Assembly: GCA_964016885.1 (NCBI GenBank) | Contig: OZ024751.1 | Span: forward strand, 11,532,001 to 11,596,000 | DNA: 64,000 nt | Direction of reading: 5' to 3' | Source of the DNA: Eledone cirrhosa | Lineage: Eukaryota | Position numbers and translations under genes: made by a program | Part shown: positions 42,201-57,658 of the stretch, piece by piece | Layout of the letters: every line of letters begins with the position of its first letter | How positions within the stretch are numbered: position 1 is the first letter of the stretch | Notes under the pieces: model-generated | Told to the model about the DNA's origin: nothing | Database searches by the model: none | What the model saw: the letters and a program-made list of their open reading frames with translations, nothing else

Positions 42201-44292
42201 ATAGGAATGTCGGACTTGTTCTCTGGCGTCCTCGAAGCGTCTACTGCAACTGACAGCAGAACGGGAGAATTCCCAGTTCTGCAGGCAGGGGCGTAGTAAC
42301 ACTGATCAGGAAAGACGAGAACAAGGGGGGCGAACTAAACCTCTTTAGTCCCATAACTCTGCTCAACACTCACTTAGTCCCATAACTCTGCGCTTGTCGA
42401 GAATCTGGTAGGGAAAGCGCAAACGTGTGCAATCCCGATCAGGTCCATACACGACAACCTCCACCTCATGCGATACATCATAGAGAGGGTAGGGTGTAAA
42501 CTAGACTTCGGTAGGTCTCTGATCAATTTACATAAGTCTAGGGCATTCGCTAGGTTGGACCATCGATACTTGGAAGCGGTTCTCAAGGTGCCCGGTTTCG
42601 GACCCGTCTTTAGAGGCTGGATCGCTGCAATACACACCAACATCTGCTCGACGGTCAAGGTGAACGGCTACCTATCGGAGCCGTTCGCAATCACGCGTTC
42701 CATCCGACAGAGATGTCCTCTCACCTCCATTCTGTGGGTGCTGACTCTAGAGCCACTACTGCGGAAAGCGTTACAGTAATGGTGTCGGAAACACAGGACA
42801 TCTCTGTCGGTTTGCAACTCGGAACGTGGAGAGGCAAACTGATGCCGTCCGACAGCGTCGTTGGACGCTGGACGGACGGACAGGTGAAATTGCTCAGGGT
42901 CTGGTTCGGTGCAGACCACCAGGTGGAGAAAAACTGGAACGATGTCACGGCCAAAGTATTTGCTTTCGCCCAGAAGTGAGCAGAGCGCAAACTATACTTG
43001 AAAGCTCGAGTGGAGGTGGCGAACACTTTCATAGCGTTCGTCATCTACCACCGCTTGACCGTCGTGTCTTGTCCCCGTGAACACCTCACCAAGATGGAAC
43101 GCATCCTCTTCCAGTTCCTTTGGAAGGAGATCCGTCTGTTGTCAGCACCGTCCAACGGAGGGCTGGGAATGCCGTGGCTGATGATGCGCAAACACGCGCT
43201 GAGGTTACGGCATCTCCAGGTATTCCTCACCGAACAACCGGTGTGGGCTCGGTTTGTGAGACAGACCTTCCCACAACTTATATCTCTGACGGAGCTGAGG
43301 TCCTGGGTCAAGCGGAGACCGAAACAGATGGGCGTCTGGCACATTGAATGCGCTCAGGCGCTCACAATCCTCTTTCAAGCGGGCACAGCAATCAGTGGAG
43401 ACTCCACTTCGACATTCTATAGAGAGTTAGTACGTTACAAGTGCGACGAGGTGCTGGGAGAGACTCTGGGCGTCGAAGACGACGAGCTCACCAGTCTGTT
43501 CGGTAGGACTTCCGTCGGGACCCATGAACAACTTCCAGATGTCCCTGGCCTGACAGTGTTACCGAAGAGCGCTACCAGTTCGAGAAATGATCTACAGGCA
43601 CGGACGCCCCAAGAGGACGTGTCCAAGATGCGAGCAGGACGTGTCCAAGATGCGAGCAGGACATTGAAACCGTCTTGCACGCAATTGTACACTGCTCGGG
43701 TGTAACCGACCTGCGGAACTACGTAGAACAACTGCTGTCACTTATGGGACAAATCCAGTTGACTGCCGAGTCCATAGTAAGGATCAAACCGCCAACTTCT
43801 TTCAAAAACGATAGAGAGGCGGTTTTCCTCTATATAGTGGCTATGGTTAAAGAGATTATATGGTGGACGAGATTGAAAGGACTGAGGACTGATGCCTTTC
43901 TCTCCGGACAACTCATTCCCTTCTTTAGGTACCACCTTAGAAGGAGAATCAGAGTGGAGAGAGAGGCACTGTACTCCAGTAAATTTACTGAAAGGTGAGT
44001 GAATGTAGCAAAAATGGCCCGAGTAATTGGGCCTTCTCTGCATATAAACCTGTAGGTTGAAGAAGAGGGCAAAAAGAAGAAAGGAGCACTTGCACAAAAC
44101 GCTCCTGAAGTTGAGGGTTGTTCTATCGACGGGGTATTAAACAACCCATTTGTGGAACCTCCCCCCTATTGGGGATTTCGATTGTTAAATTTGTTTGTTT
44201 CAATATTTTTACACGACAGTATGTAAAATCCCCGGCATGTGTCTTTGTTTTGTCCCCTCTTCTTGTGCGCCCTTGTGGCAAATAAAGAAATA
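39281..44292 (+). mobile_element. Near full-length decayed Tx1-like (L1 clade) LINE
   Basis: Broken ORF1 from about 39350 with knuckle remnant EGRPHCFK; ORF2 remnants; 3' end cccttgtggcaaataaagaaat; 5' boundary approximate. Confidence 0.9.
40848..44055 (+). pseudogene. LINE ORF2 pseudogene (APE endonuclease, reverse transcriptase, C-terminal zinc finger)
   Basis: VRGL, GVAF, VAVYAP, VGDWN, SYLDR (APE); KSPGLD, PITLLN, AFARLDH, SIRQRCPL (RT); FLWK, GGLGMP; CPRC..ETVLHAIVHC; many stops and frameshifts; YADD segment deleted near 42770. Confidence 0.92.
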
Positions 44293-44362
44293 TAGCTATA
44301 TATTTATCTATCGCTCTATCAATTTATCTTGTTCATATATATATATACACACACACACAGAC

Positions 44363-44414
<52 letters not shown>

Positions 44415-44451
44415 GAAAGGTATAGAAATTGTTGTAGCGAGAAGCTAACAG

Positions 44452-44485
<34 letters not shown>

Positions 44486-44630
44486 TATATAATGTAGGAG
44501 GTGAGTTTTATTGTAGTACAATAAAGCAATGCAGATATCGTATAAGAAGCACTCTACAGTTTGTAGGACTGGAGTATACATAATATATAAGATCAAAATA
44601 CATGGAACTCCTTTAACCATCTTTTGTTCT

Positions 44631-44761
<131 letters not shown>

Positions 44762-45021
44762 TATATATAAATATATTTATATATATATAATATATAAATA
44801 TATATATATAATATATATATATATACGTATATATATACATATATATAGATATAGATAGGTAAATATACACGGGTGTGTATGATTGTGTATAGAAGATCAT
44901 ATTAATAAGAGGAATTCCAACTTTGTCTGATTTACTCGTTTTATTTACAATCCTTTAAAATATATATAATATGGTATTATAATGAAATAGTATGATAGAA
45001 TATTAAATTCTAAGTGTTAAT

Positions 45022-45060
45022 TGAAGAAGTACTTTCATGCTTTCGCAATCTTCAGGTTCA
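45022..45060 (-). ncRNA. Minimal type I hammerhead ribozyme motif
   Basis: TGAAC CTGAAGA T TGC gaaa GCA T GAAA GTAC TT^CTTCA; GNRA-capped stem II, palindromic GTAC stem III, first stem I pair mismatched. Confidence 0.7.
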
Positions 45061-45154
45061 TGATATGTGGTGACAGTCGAGTTTGCAATTTTCAACTGTA
45101 TATATACATATATATACGTATATATATATATTATATATGTATATATTCATATAT

Positions 45155-45186
<32 letters not shown>

Positions 45187-45237
45187 CATACATATATATA
45201 TCTATCTATATATATATATATATCTATATATATATAT

Positions 45238-45336
<99 letters not shown>

Positions 45337-45790
45337 TGTTTTTCTACCTATCTACCAAACAATTTATGTATCTATCTAAATTCATGTAACATTTCTATGT
45401 ATCTATCTATCTAGCTATCTATCTAACTATGAATCTATCTATCCATCTATCTATCTATCTATATAGCCATCTATCTAACTATGTATCCATCAATTTCTGA
45501 CATTCCATCTCTACGTGTATATTTACATATTTATACAATACATTAGATAGTAGTTATATTTTACACTATTTACAGAAACAGTCTTTAAGTAATATATATA
45601 AAATAATAACAGAAAAATTCACAGAAATAAAACAGGAAAATCAAAACTACATATACAAAAACATGTGTATACATATTTACACACACATATATATATATAC
45701 ATACATATGTACATACATATATATGCACATATATATATGCACACACACATATATATATATATAAATATATATATATACATATAAATATAT

Positions 45791-45821
<31 letters not shown>

Positions 45822-45857
45822 TATATATATATGTATATATAATCATACATATATATA

Positions 45858-45932
<75 letters not shown>

Positions 45933-46167
45933 ATATATACGTATATATATATATGTATATATATACGTATATATATATATATATATATATTATATACATA
46001 TATATATATATATATATTTATATATTTTACATATATAATAGATAAATATATATATATATATTGTTATTGGTTTCAACACACGTTTTCAGATAAAGAATCT
46101 TGCTAAACAAATTCAGAAACGATATATATATATATATATACGTATATATATACATATTTACATATAT

Positions 46168-46281
<114 letters not shown>

Positions 46282-46635
46282 TGGGAATAAACTAGCTAAA
46301 AAAGAATAGAGGGGTGTATAAACGTTCAATATAAAATATTTGAGCTAAGCAATGTGATTCTAAATCGTATGGTGTTGTGCCTCTGGATATATTTATGGAT
46401 AGATGTAGGTAATCCCAAGTACTAATAACTAGAATATTTCTAGACAATATTTCATACACTTTGTTTCCTTTCCTCTTTTTTAGAATTCCTCAAGTGAACA
46501 TGGAAATATAATATAGTTAATATCTCACAGAAGTAGAGAAAACATCGACACTACGCCATATGCACATATATTCTCACATACATACATGGATTCATATAAG
46601 AATACGTGCATACATACTTATACACTACACATATG

Positions 46636-46720
<85 letters not shown>

Positions 46721-46835
46721 ATACATGTATTTATGTGTAGACGACTATATATATATTCAATCTATGTATATATGTATGAATGTATGTATGTATGTTTGTA
46801 TCTCTCTCTCTCTCTCTCTCACTCTCTCTCTCTCT

Positions 46836-46898
<63 letters not shown>

Positions 46899-47032
46899 TG
46901 TGTGTGGGTGAGTGCACATATTCCAGAAATATTCATTCGTGTATGTGTTGAATAGCACATACACGGTTCTTTGTGTGTGTATATATATTTATATATATTT
47001 ATGTATGTGTATATATATATATATACACACAC

Positions 47033-47160
<128 letters not shown>

Positions 47161-47675
47161 TATACATATTTTGTGACTCTGTACATGGACATATGTGTCA
47201 GTTTACATACACATACATATACATATATATATACATATATTGTATAGATATTTTAGTGTGTGTTACCTAAAGCTATTGAGATTTGTAGTTATTCGAACTC
47301 CATATAGTCATTGAATTATAGTGTAACTAGATGAGCAAAACATTTGTATTCCTACGGCAGAAGCGTGTCATTCTGTCAGAATATGTCGTTAGTTTTCAGG
47401 TACAATTAATCTTAGAGGTATAGGCACATTTACCGTAATACCTTTGCTTAAAAATTTCGTGAGCGCACCCAAGGCTATATAATAAAATAAATAGGCCGGT
47501 TGTTTCAAGACGGTGGAAGAAACCCTAAGATGTTGGGATTGTACCTTAAATGTTTTAACAATACAGTTATAGTTTTTATGTCTATGTGAGATCATACAAG
47601 GTAGAGGCCATGATAATTTCAAAAGAACTCGACTCAGAGACTGGTTTGTAGAAATCGAAGACATAATTTTCACAC

Positions 47676-47866
47676 GGCGGTGGATTGGCAGTATCTGTAG
47701 AGCATCAGACATCATGCTTTGAGGCATAGAGTTATTGCCATTTATGGTCTCAGTTCAAATCCCGCCGAGGTTAACTTTGCCTTTCATCCTTACGGGGTCG
47801 ATAAAATAAAGTACCAGTAATGCACTGGTAATTGCTGACCTTGTGCCAAAAGTAGAAACAATTATT
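47676..47866 (+). mobile_element. Main tRNA-derived SINE with TSD
   Basis: Full consensus; attttcacacg at 47666-47676 and 47864-47874. Confidence 0.93.
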
Positions 47867-48367
47867 TTCACACGTCAGCCCAGAGTCGAGTGCTTACGCC
47901 AAAGGAACCCCTTAAAAGTGACTTCAATGCCCGTGTTAAACTGAGTGACGTTTAAAGTTTAAATAACCTGCATGCAAACCAACAAAAGTTTCAGTGATGA
48001 ACTGATTGCAAATATATTGCAAATCCATATTTTATAATTGTAATTTCATTGACAGGCATTCGAGGTGGTTACGTTTATACACAGACGCTCGCAAACACAT
48101 AGACACACACACATCTATACATAGAAGGAGAGGGAGAGACAAATATATTTGCATATATAAATATACTTATGCACAACCAAAAATATATAGATATATACAT
48201 ATACCAAATTTGAAATTCTGCATATTAATTTTATTACGGATATTACTACCTGTTGCTACGCTGTGTATCAAATTAGCAACAGTTGTAAATTATATATATA
48301 ATTATTTAAACATTTATATACATATATGTACACACACCTACACATACATATTTATACATATATATAT

Positions 48368-48432
<65 letters not shown>

Positions 48433-49004
48433 GTTATCTAATAATATGTGAGGTAATAATACTTTTTTCTCCTTTCATTCCGGTCAAGATATATATTTCA
48501 ATTTTGGTCTCCCACATAATTATATGTATCTTTCCCTACATATAAACAAGTGTTACAAGGGCTCACATTACCATGAATACATACATACATACATACATAC
48601 ATACATACATACATACATACATACATGCATACATACATACATACATACATATGTACATATGTACATGGACTCCATCTATCATAAATTTACCTCTACTGAA
48701 AGTCACTACGTTTCTGCTCATATATATGTTAATATATATAGGTATATACATACATATATATATATATATAGATTACACAAGTATTAAAGTTATGTTTAAA
48801 ACATTTAATCGCTCACAATTGTTTCTACCAAACTTATCTTGGTGTCCTCCGAGCAATATCAATGTTTGTACATATAATTAACCTCCTATTCATATATATA
48901 TATATATATATATATAGACGCACACATATGTTTGTGTGTATGCATATATATATATATATGCATATATATATATATATTACATATATATATATATATATAT
49001 ACAC

Positions 49005-49040
<36 letters not shown>

Positions 49041-49261
49041 ATGTACATGTGTATGTGCATGTATGTGCGAGGCTGTGAATGAAAGCGTTGACAATGTGTA
49101 GGAGTTGATGTGACTCACATAACTGAAAAAGAAACAATTCACAATTGTGACAATTATGAATCACAATATATATATACATATATAAACATATATACATATA
49201 TACACTCACTAACACACACATATATATATGTATATACACACTCATATATATGTATATATAT

Positions 49262-49312
<51 letters not shown>

Positions 49313-49341
49313 ATATATAAATGTATATATATATAAATATA

Positions 49342-49449
<108 letters not shown>

Positions 49450-49650
49450 CATATATATATATATTGTGTATATATATATATATATATATATATTTAAAAT
49501 AGACTCACATCCAAATATATTTTAGGTTTATGAATTCATGTATGTATACATGTATATATATAGCTATGTATGTACATGTGTATGTATGTATATATATCTA
49601 TGTGTTTATGTGTTTATGTGTATATGTACGTACATATGCACGCATGTATG

Positions 49651-49691
<41 letters not shown>

Positions 49692-50056
49692 GTACGTATG
49701 TATATATTTATATATGTATATATGTATGTATGTATATATTTACGTATGTATATATGTATATATGTATGAATATATTTATGTATGTATATATGTATATATG
49801 TATCGATGTATGTATATGCCTATGTGTGTATGTATGTATGTATGTATGCATGTATGCATATATTTATGTATGTATATATGTATCTATGCATGTATATGGG
49901 TATATTTGTTTCTATGAGAGATTAAGCATGTTATTATATAAGGTACCAGATGAGCACATATAGGCATTCTTAAATGTCATCAATAATCCACACATGAATA
50001 TACTTACATATTTTATATCCCTTCATAAACACACACACACTCATATATATATATAT

Positions 50057-50134
<78 letters not shown>

Positions 50135-50346
50135 TATATATATATATGTGTATATGTGGGGATATGTAAATATACACGCACACACACACACACACATATA
50201 TATATGTATATATCGGTTTGTATATATATATACATATATATAAATATATATATAGTTACACATTATATATATATATATATTTATAGAAAAATATTTATGT
50301 AAATTTATCTATATGCATATACATACATACATACATATATATATAC

Positions 50347-50379
<33 letters not shown>

Positions 50380-50814
50380 AATATATATATATATTTATAT
50401 ATATATATATACATATATTTATATATATATATATATATATATTCATTTATATATATATTCATTTTGCAGCTATGTAGAACTAAACGTTAACTGATGTTGA
50501 AATGTTTGAAAATCTCCTTGATGACAGCTCGGAATTCCAAACAAATGATAGATATAATTCTCTATTTATTCCTTTCTTTCTTTTCTCTATGATCCTGTTA
50601 ATATGCTTGATGTTCAGACTATGGAATGTTAGATTCCCGTGTGATAAATACATGCAAAAGCACGCAATTTCATTTTTCGAACTGAATACATACGTGCACC
50701 AGATAACACTTTAAGCGATTATCCTTCTATCTGACGCTTCTTCCTTCTTTCTCTGTATGTATATATGTAAGGTTGTAGGTATTTATTTAAGTATATGTGG
50801 GTGATGTATGTATG

Positions 50815-50848
<34 letters not shown>

Positions 50849-51072
50849 TGTATGTATGTATGTATGTATGTATGTATGTATGTACGTATGTATAAATCTA
50901 TGGATAGATGTAAGTATATTTGAAACTATGTATACATGTATGTAGCTATATATGTAAGTATGTATGTATTTATGTATGATTGGATGGATGGCCGTCTATA
51001 TGTATAAATGAAATATATATATATACACGCACACACACACACATATATATATATATGCATATATATATATTA

Positions 51073-51132
<60 letters not shown>

Positions 51133-51891
51133 AATATATATATATATATTTATTTAACTAATAAATCAAGGAAGACGAGTGACATGGTTTGCTATACAAT
51201 AAAGGCTTTATTCACATTGCTAACAATTGTTTCTCTGAACTGGTAGGTCTAGAGATCGCTACCCGCCTGTTTTTACGTCAATCGATCACCAATACTTTGT
51301 TATAACCAGTCTATTCATAGTCTATATAATATATATATAGAAATGGGTTCTACAGAACTTGAATGAAACAGGTCTAGTCCTGTAGAAGCTATTTCTATAA
51401 TAATTATTTATACTCTGCTATGTTTTGAGCATCTTACCGTGGTTAACCCCGATTGAACCCCCCTCCCATATATATATATAAACATATGTATACACACATA
51501 CTCACACACACACACAGACACACAGACACACACATATATATATGTATGCATATGTTTGTACGAATCCACGTAGACACAAAAAAGCACACACATACGTAGA
51601 TACTTCTAAACCTATATCCATATATCTATATGTATATACCTATATACGTATTTACATATAACATATATCAATATGTGTATTCGATTGCGGAGATTCTTAA
51701 AGTTTACGGTAGTGACCTCAAGTTCGTATTGTTTTCGATTACTTGACCTGCCATTATGTAGTGATTTTGAGTAAGACACACTATTTTACGTTTCCCCTGA
51801 CCATTCCATTGGTCAAATATTGTTGTGAATATTCTACTTTCAAGCTGCTTCGGATTTCGCCTTTCCCTTGCTCGTTTTCCATAAATGGGAC

Positions 51892-52541
51892 GTCGAGTCT
51901 TACACTTTGAGGAGGTACGCCTAGATACAGCCAGTCATACATACAACATTCATCACGGACAAGACTCTCAGGTTTTCATTTTTTTTTTTTTAAACACTAT
52001 TCTATTACTACCGATAACCGTTTACAAAAAATCTTGATATCAGGCATTACCTTCTTAAATAAAGTAAACAGTTTAACATATATAATATCTGAATAAATGT
52101 TCGGAGAGTCACGACTGGAAGTAAATATATACATAATACCTGTTTACTGATTCAGTACAAAAGCATACATTATACCACACATTTATTTTCCTTCTCAATT
52201 ATCCGGTTTCCACGTAAACCTGCACAGTCACTATACTGTCCTTGTAATATGATATCAGTGTTGTTTTCCTTTCTTGGCAGTATCGGTAGAGGGTCGGACG
52301 CCTAGCTTTGACGCATAGAGTTACGGCGCTTGCCATTCTGAGTTCAAATCCCACCGAGGTTAACTTTTCCTTTCATCCTTACGGGGTCGATAAGATCAAG
52401 CACCAGTAATACACTGGGATAATTGCGGGCCTTGTGCCAAATGTAGAAACAATTATTATCACCATATGGTGGTCGATTGGCAGTATCGTTAGAGCATGGG
52501 ACGCCATGCTTTGCAGCATAGAGTTACGGTCCTTTACGGTC
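51892..52541. repeat. ~650-bp inverted duplication of 56547-57195, including 1.5 SINE copies
   Basis: Reverse-complement match including unique sequence; flanked by direct repeat 51860-51991 / 52541-52671. Confidence 0.93.
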
Positions 52542-52981
52542 CTTTCCCTTGCTCGTTTTCCATAAATGGGACGTCGAGTCTTACACTTTGAGGAGGTACA
52601 CCTAGATACAGCCAGTCATACATATAACATTCATCACGGACAAGACTCTCAGGTTTTCATTTCTTTTTTTTCACTCGTAAATAAAGTTAAACAATGTTTT
52701 CATGCCCTGTCTCATTCAGTTGAAAAATTCGTACCGTTTGTTTTTGTTCGTTTATCCACCATTACGTAAAGCCTTATAATATACTGATACTGCTATTACG
52801 TTTCATGGACTTTCATTAGTATTGAAACCGGATACCGGATTATTAAGTACTTCATAATGGAAGCTGATCAAGCAGGGTTTCTTGTCCGGGTTGTTTCAAT
52901 GTGTCATAAATTTTTTCACATTTTGTGATAATTTTCTCTAATATATTTCAACACTAATGTTCGTAGAACATTACGTCCATC

Positions 52982-53024
<43 letters not shown>

Positions 53025-53043
53025 CAAACATAAAGATAGACAA

Positions 53044-53155
53044 ATAATAATAATTGTTTCTACTTTAGGCACAAAGCCAGCAATTAATCAGTACATTACT
53101 GGTACTTTATTTTATCGACCCCATAAGGATGAAAGGCAAAGTCAACCTCGGCGGA
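53044..53155 (-). mobile_element. 5'-truncated main SINE
   Basis: Tail and body present up to the B box. Confidence 0.85.
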
Positions 53156-53171
53156 ATAATAATAATATATA

Positions 53172-53214
<43 letters not shown>

Positions 53215-53228
53215 ATATATGTATATAT

Positions 53229-53364
53229 ATAGGAAAAGTAGGACCCCGACGGCTTGAGCTCAGCCGTCGGGGTCCTACTCGTTCCTATTACCCACTCTAC
53301 TACCCTAAGTATTGAGTACTTTAGTGCGTTATGGTCCACCTGATTCCTTACCACATTTCTTTCG
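53229..53364 (+). mobile_element. PLE-type family A fragment starting with a fold-back palindrome (53229-53287)
   Basis: agtaggaccccgacggc-ttgagctca-gccgtcggggtcctact; (TA)n both sides. Confidence 0.8.
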
Positions 53365-53481
<117 letters not shown>

Positions 53482-54061
53482 GTGTGTTTTTGGTGAGCAC
53501 GTTTATCTTCATTTAGACAACAAATTCTCCACACGTTGAAATATTTATTTTATACACTACTGTGATAAGCAACTTAAATTTAATATATGAAAGAGAATCC
53601 AGTAATACACAACAAACACACACACATTCACAAACGCCTAATATAAAAAAAATAATAGATCACCAACATATTGAAATGGTGAAAGTGAACTAAGATTTTT
53701 ACGATTGTACAAATGTCTGTTCGAAAATGGGATAAGACGTAGGAATGGGTGAAGATTATGATTACATGAAACTAAAACATATATATCCGTAGTGGAGGTC
53801 GACAGAATTCTTTCCTCTCTCGGGTTCATTAAATACAAAAGAATTGTTAAAATTAACTATTAATGAAAAATTTGAAATTTCAATGCAGATACATAGATAG
53901 AACATTCGCCAATCGATGCCAGTTTGCACCCAAGAGATCTATTCCAGTTTTGAATCGTATGAAACTTTAAAATTCTTATTTCTTTTTTATTTGTTCGTTT
54001 GTAGCTTTATTTTTTTCTCGTCTTGCTATTCAAATAAATAGTAAATAATAACAATAATAAC

Positions 54062-54114
<53 letters not shown>

Positions 54115-54168
54115 GAGGGGGAGGAGGAGGAGGAGGAGGAGCAGCAGCGACAGTAGTAGCAGTAGTAG

Positions 54169-54341
54169 TAATAATTGTTTCTTCTTTTGGCACAAGGCCA
54201 ACAATTACCCCAGTACTTTATTTTATCGACCCCGTAAGGATGAAAAGCAAAGTTAACCTTGGTGGGATTTGAACTCAGAACGTAAAGGGCCAAACTCCTA
54301 TGCTGCCAAGCATATTGTCCGATGCTCTACAAATATTGCCA
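54169..54341 (-). mobile_element. Main SINE, truncated at its A box by the LINE tail
   Basis: Consensus match; junction attgcc|aataataat. Confidence 0.88.
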
Positions 54342-55562
54342 ATAATAATAATAATGCTTTCTTTATTAACCACAAGGGTTTACAGAAAGTAGACATTAAG
54401 CACAGGACAGGACAATACAGGGCGGTACAAATGGGCATTTCTGCGTGTAAAAAAAACAAAACAGAAAAAACAAAAAAGGAACAATGGAAAATTCCCCAAT
54501 AGGAGGGAAACTTCCGAGGGCCATCGGGGAGAAAACCCATTAAAAATAGCCACGGTGACCCTGACCACCAGGGAAAGTGCCCTCTTCCAGTTTTCCACCT
54601 TCAATTTACAGGCATATACTCAGAGTAGGTCCATTCACTCGGGCCATTCTTGCCTCTCTCACCCATCTTTCAACAAAATGCTGGGAAGAGAGCATTTCCC
54701 TCTCTACCCTGATTTTCCTTTTTAAATTTCATTTGAAAAAGTTAATCAGGGCATCACCGAAGAGGTAAGTGCTCGTCTTCAGCCCGTTCAGACGTGTCCA
54801 CCATACTATCTCTTTCGCCATGGCCCCCAGACAGATAAAAACTGCCTGCCCTTCCCGGCTAAAGGAAGAGGGCGGGGCAATCCTTACGATGGACTCAGCT
54901 GATAGCCGGATCCGTTCTACACGCGACAGCAGGTGTTCGACATAAATCCACAAGTCAACAATGCTCGGACACTGGACGAGTGCATGCAGGACGGTTTCGT
55001 CGCCCTGCGCGCATCTCGGACATGCCCGACTGACGGCACTTCCGTGTCTGTAATGTTTATCCCGAACTGGCAAAGCTCCTCGGTAGCACTTCCAGGCCAG
55101 GTATTTCTAGAAATTGTCTATAGTCCACGGCTCGAAAGTTCTTCCGAAGAGATTGGCTAGTTGATTTTCGTCGACGCCTAGAGTTTTCCCAAGTACGTTG
55201 TCGCTCTTCCCCCCACTAATCCTCTATAGATTGCCAGGGTGGAGTTTCCACCGATCACATTCCCTGACTGGTCGAGGGCCGTGAGCGCCTGAAGACATTC
55301 TAGTCTCCAAGCGCTCCCTCTCGGTCTTCGCTTGACCCAGGACTGCAGCTCCGTCAAGGAGACGAGCTGGGAAAAGACGCATCTAGCAAACGGCGACCAC
55401 ACCTGATCACCGTCGAGGAAGAGGTGGAGATGTCGTAGCCTGAGCGCGTGTCTGCGCATCATCAGCCACGGCATGCCCAGCCCTCCACGAAGCGGGTGTT
55501 GATAGCAGATGGACCGCCTGACCATCGGAGCGCGTCCCTTCCACAAAAACCGAAAGAGCAAA
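54341..55562 (-). mobile_element. 5'-truncated Tx1-like LINE (diverged relative of 39281-44292)
   Basis: LFRFLWKG..GGLGMPWLMMRRHALRLRHL; CPRCAQGDETVLHALVQC; 3' end cccttgtggttaataaagaaagca(tta)n. Confidence 0.92.
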
Positions 55563-56814
55563 CTGTTTCTACTTTTGGCACAAGGCCAGCAATTACACCC
55601 GTGCATTACTGGTACTTTATTTTATCACAAAGTTAACCTCGGCGGATTTGAAATCAGAACGTAAAGCGCTATAACTCTATGCTGTAAAGCATGGTGTCTG
55701 ACGTCCTACCGATACTGCTAAACCACGGCCCTAGTAATAATAATTGTTTCTACTGTTGGCACAAGGCCAGCAAATACCCAGTGTATTACTGGTACTTTAT
55801 TTTATCGACCCTGTAAGGATGATAGGCAATGTTAACTCGGTGGGATAATAATAATGGTTTCTTATATAGCCACAAGGCCAGCAATTTTTTTTTTTTTTGG
55901 GGGGGGGGGAACTCGATTAAATCTACCCCTGTGTATTACTGGAACTTTATTTTATCGACACTGTAAGGATGAATGGCCGAGCTACCCTCGGCAGGATTTG
56001 AACTCAGAACGTAAAGAACCATCACTTTATGCTGCAAAGCGTATTGTCCATGCTCTAACAATACTGCCAATAATATTGATAATGTTTTCTGATATACGCA
56101 CAAGGCCAGCAAATTTTGGGGAGGGGAAAGTCGGTTATATCGACCTTAGTGCGTGACTGTTACTGTATTTTATCTACCCCGTAAGGATGAAAAGCAAAGT
56201 TACCCTGGCGGGATTTGAACTTAGAACGCCAAGGGCCATAACTCCAATACTGCAAAGCATATTGTTTGATGTTTTACCAATATTGCCAATAATAATAATT
56301 GTTTCTACTTTTGGCACAAGGCCAGCAATTACCCAGTGCATTACTGGTACTTTATTTTATCGAACCCCGTAAGGATGAAAGGCAAAGTTAACCTTTTCGG
56401 GATTTGAACTCAGAATGGCAAGGGCCGTAACTCTATGCGTTAAAGCATGGCGTCCGACCCTCGACCGAGACTGCCAATCCATTGCCAATAATAATGGTTT
56501 CTTATATATCGACCCCAGTGCGTGACTGGTACTTTATTTGAACTCAGACCGTAAAGGACCGTAACTCTATGCCGCAAAGCATGGCGTCCCATGCTCTAAC
56601 AATACTGCCAATCGACCACCATATGGTGATAATAATTGTTTCTACATTTGGCACAAGGCCCGCAATTATCCCAGTGCATTACTGGTGATTGATCTTATCG
56701 ACCCCGTAAGGATGAAAGGCAAAGTTAACCTCGGTGGGATTTGAACTCAGAATGGCAAGGGCCGTAACTCTATGCGTCAAAGCATGGCGTCCGACCCTCT
56801 ACCGATACTGCCAA
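55560..56814 (-). mobile_element. Head-to-tail array of about seven main-family SINE copies and fragments
   Basis: Tails at about 55560, 55735, 55846, 56078, 56290, 56487, 56628, all in the same orientation. Confidence 0.92.
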
Positions 56815-57597
56815 GAAAGGAAAACAACACTGATATCATATTACAAGGACAGTATAGTGACTGTGCAGGTTTACGTGGAAACCGGATAATTGAGAAGGAA
56901 AATAAATGTGTGGTATACTGTATGCTTTTGTACTGAATCAGTAAACAGGTATTATGTATATATTTACTTCCAGTTGTGACTCTCTGAACATTTATTCAGA
57001 TATTATATATGTTAAACACTTTACTTTATTTAAGAAGGTAATTCCTGATATCAAGATTATTTGTAAACGGTTATCGGTAGTAATAGAATAGTGTTTAAAT
57101 AAAAGAAATGAAAACCTGAGAGTCTTGTCTATCATGAATTTTGTATGTATGACTGGTTGTATCTAGGTGTACCTCCTCAAAGTGTAAGACTCGACAGCCC
57201 AGAGAAAGACTTGCCTTTAACCTTCAATGGTCGTTTAAATATAGTACCAGCTAACAATTGAGCTAGAAATTAACTGACTTTCCCTACCTTAGGCCAACGT
57301 TAGGGGCCAAGTTTAGGATGAATATTGTTGTTATTGTTGCTCTTGTTATTTAGACTCATATCTAACAGAACTAATATCAAAATCATTCCAGACATGACTA
57401 TCCCGTCTTATTGTACATAATTTTAACATTATTTACTGAATACGACGGCTCTACGATAAATTTTTCAATATCTTCGTTATGCATAGAAATATCCATCATC
57501 TCCAACAACAGTCAACTGATGAAGGAAAATTATCCCCCGTTTTCCTCTTATTTATAAATACACCTTATCCAGCCCCTGTTTCTTATATCTATATCTA

Positions 57598-57656
<59 letters not shown>

Positions 57657-57658
57657 TA

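Noticed and set aside
55560-56814. CRISPR-like repeat-spacer array
   Set aside because: Units are ~190-bp SINEs without unique spacers; eukaryotic context and no cas genes.
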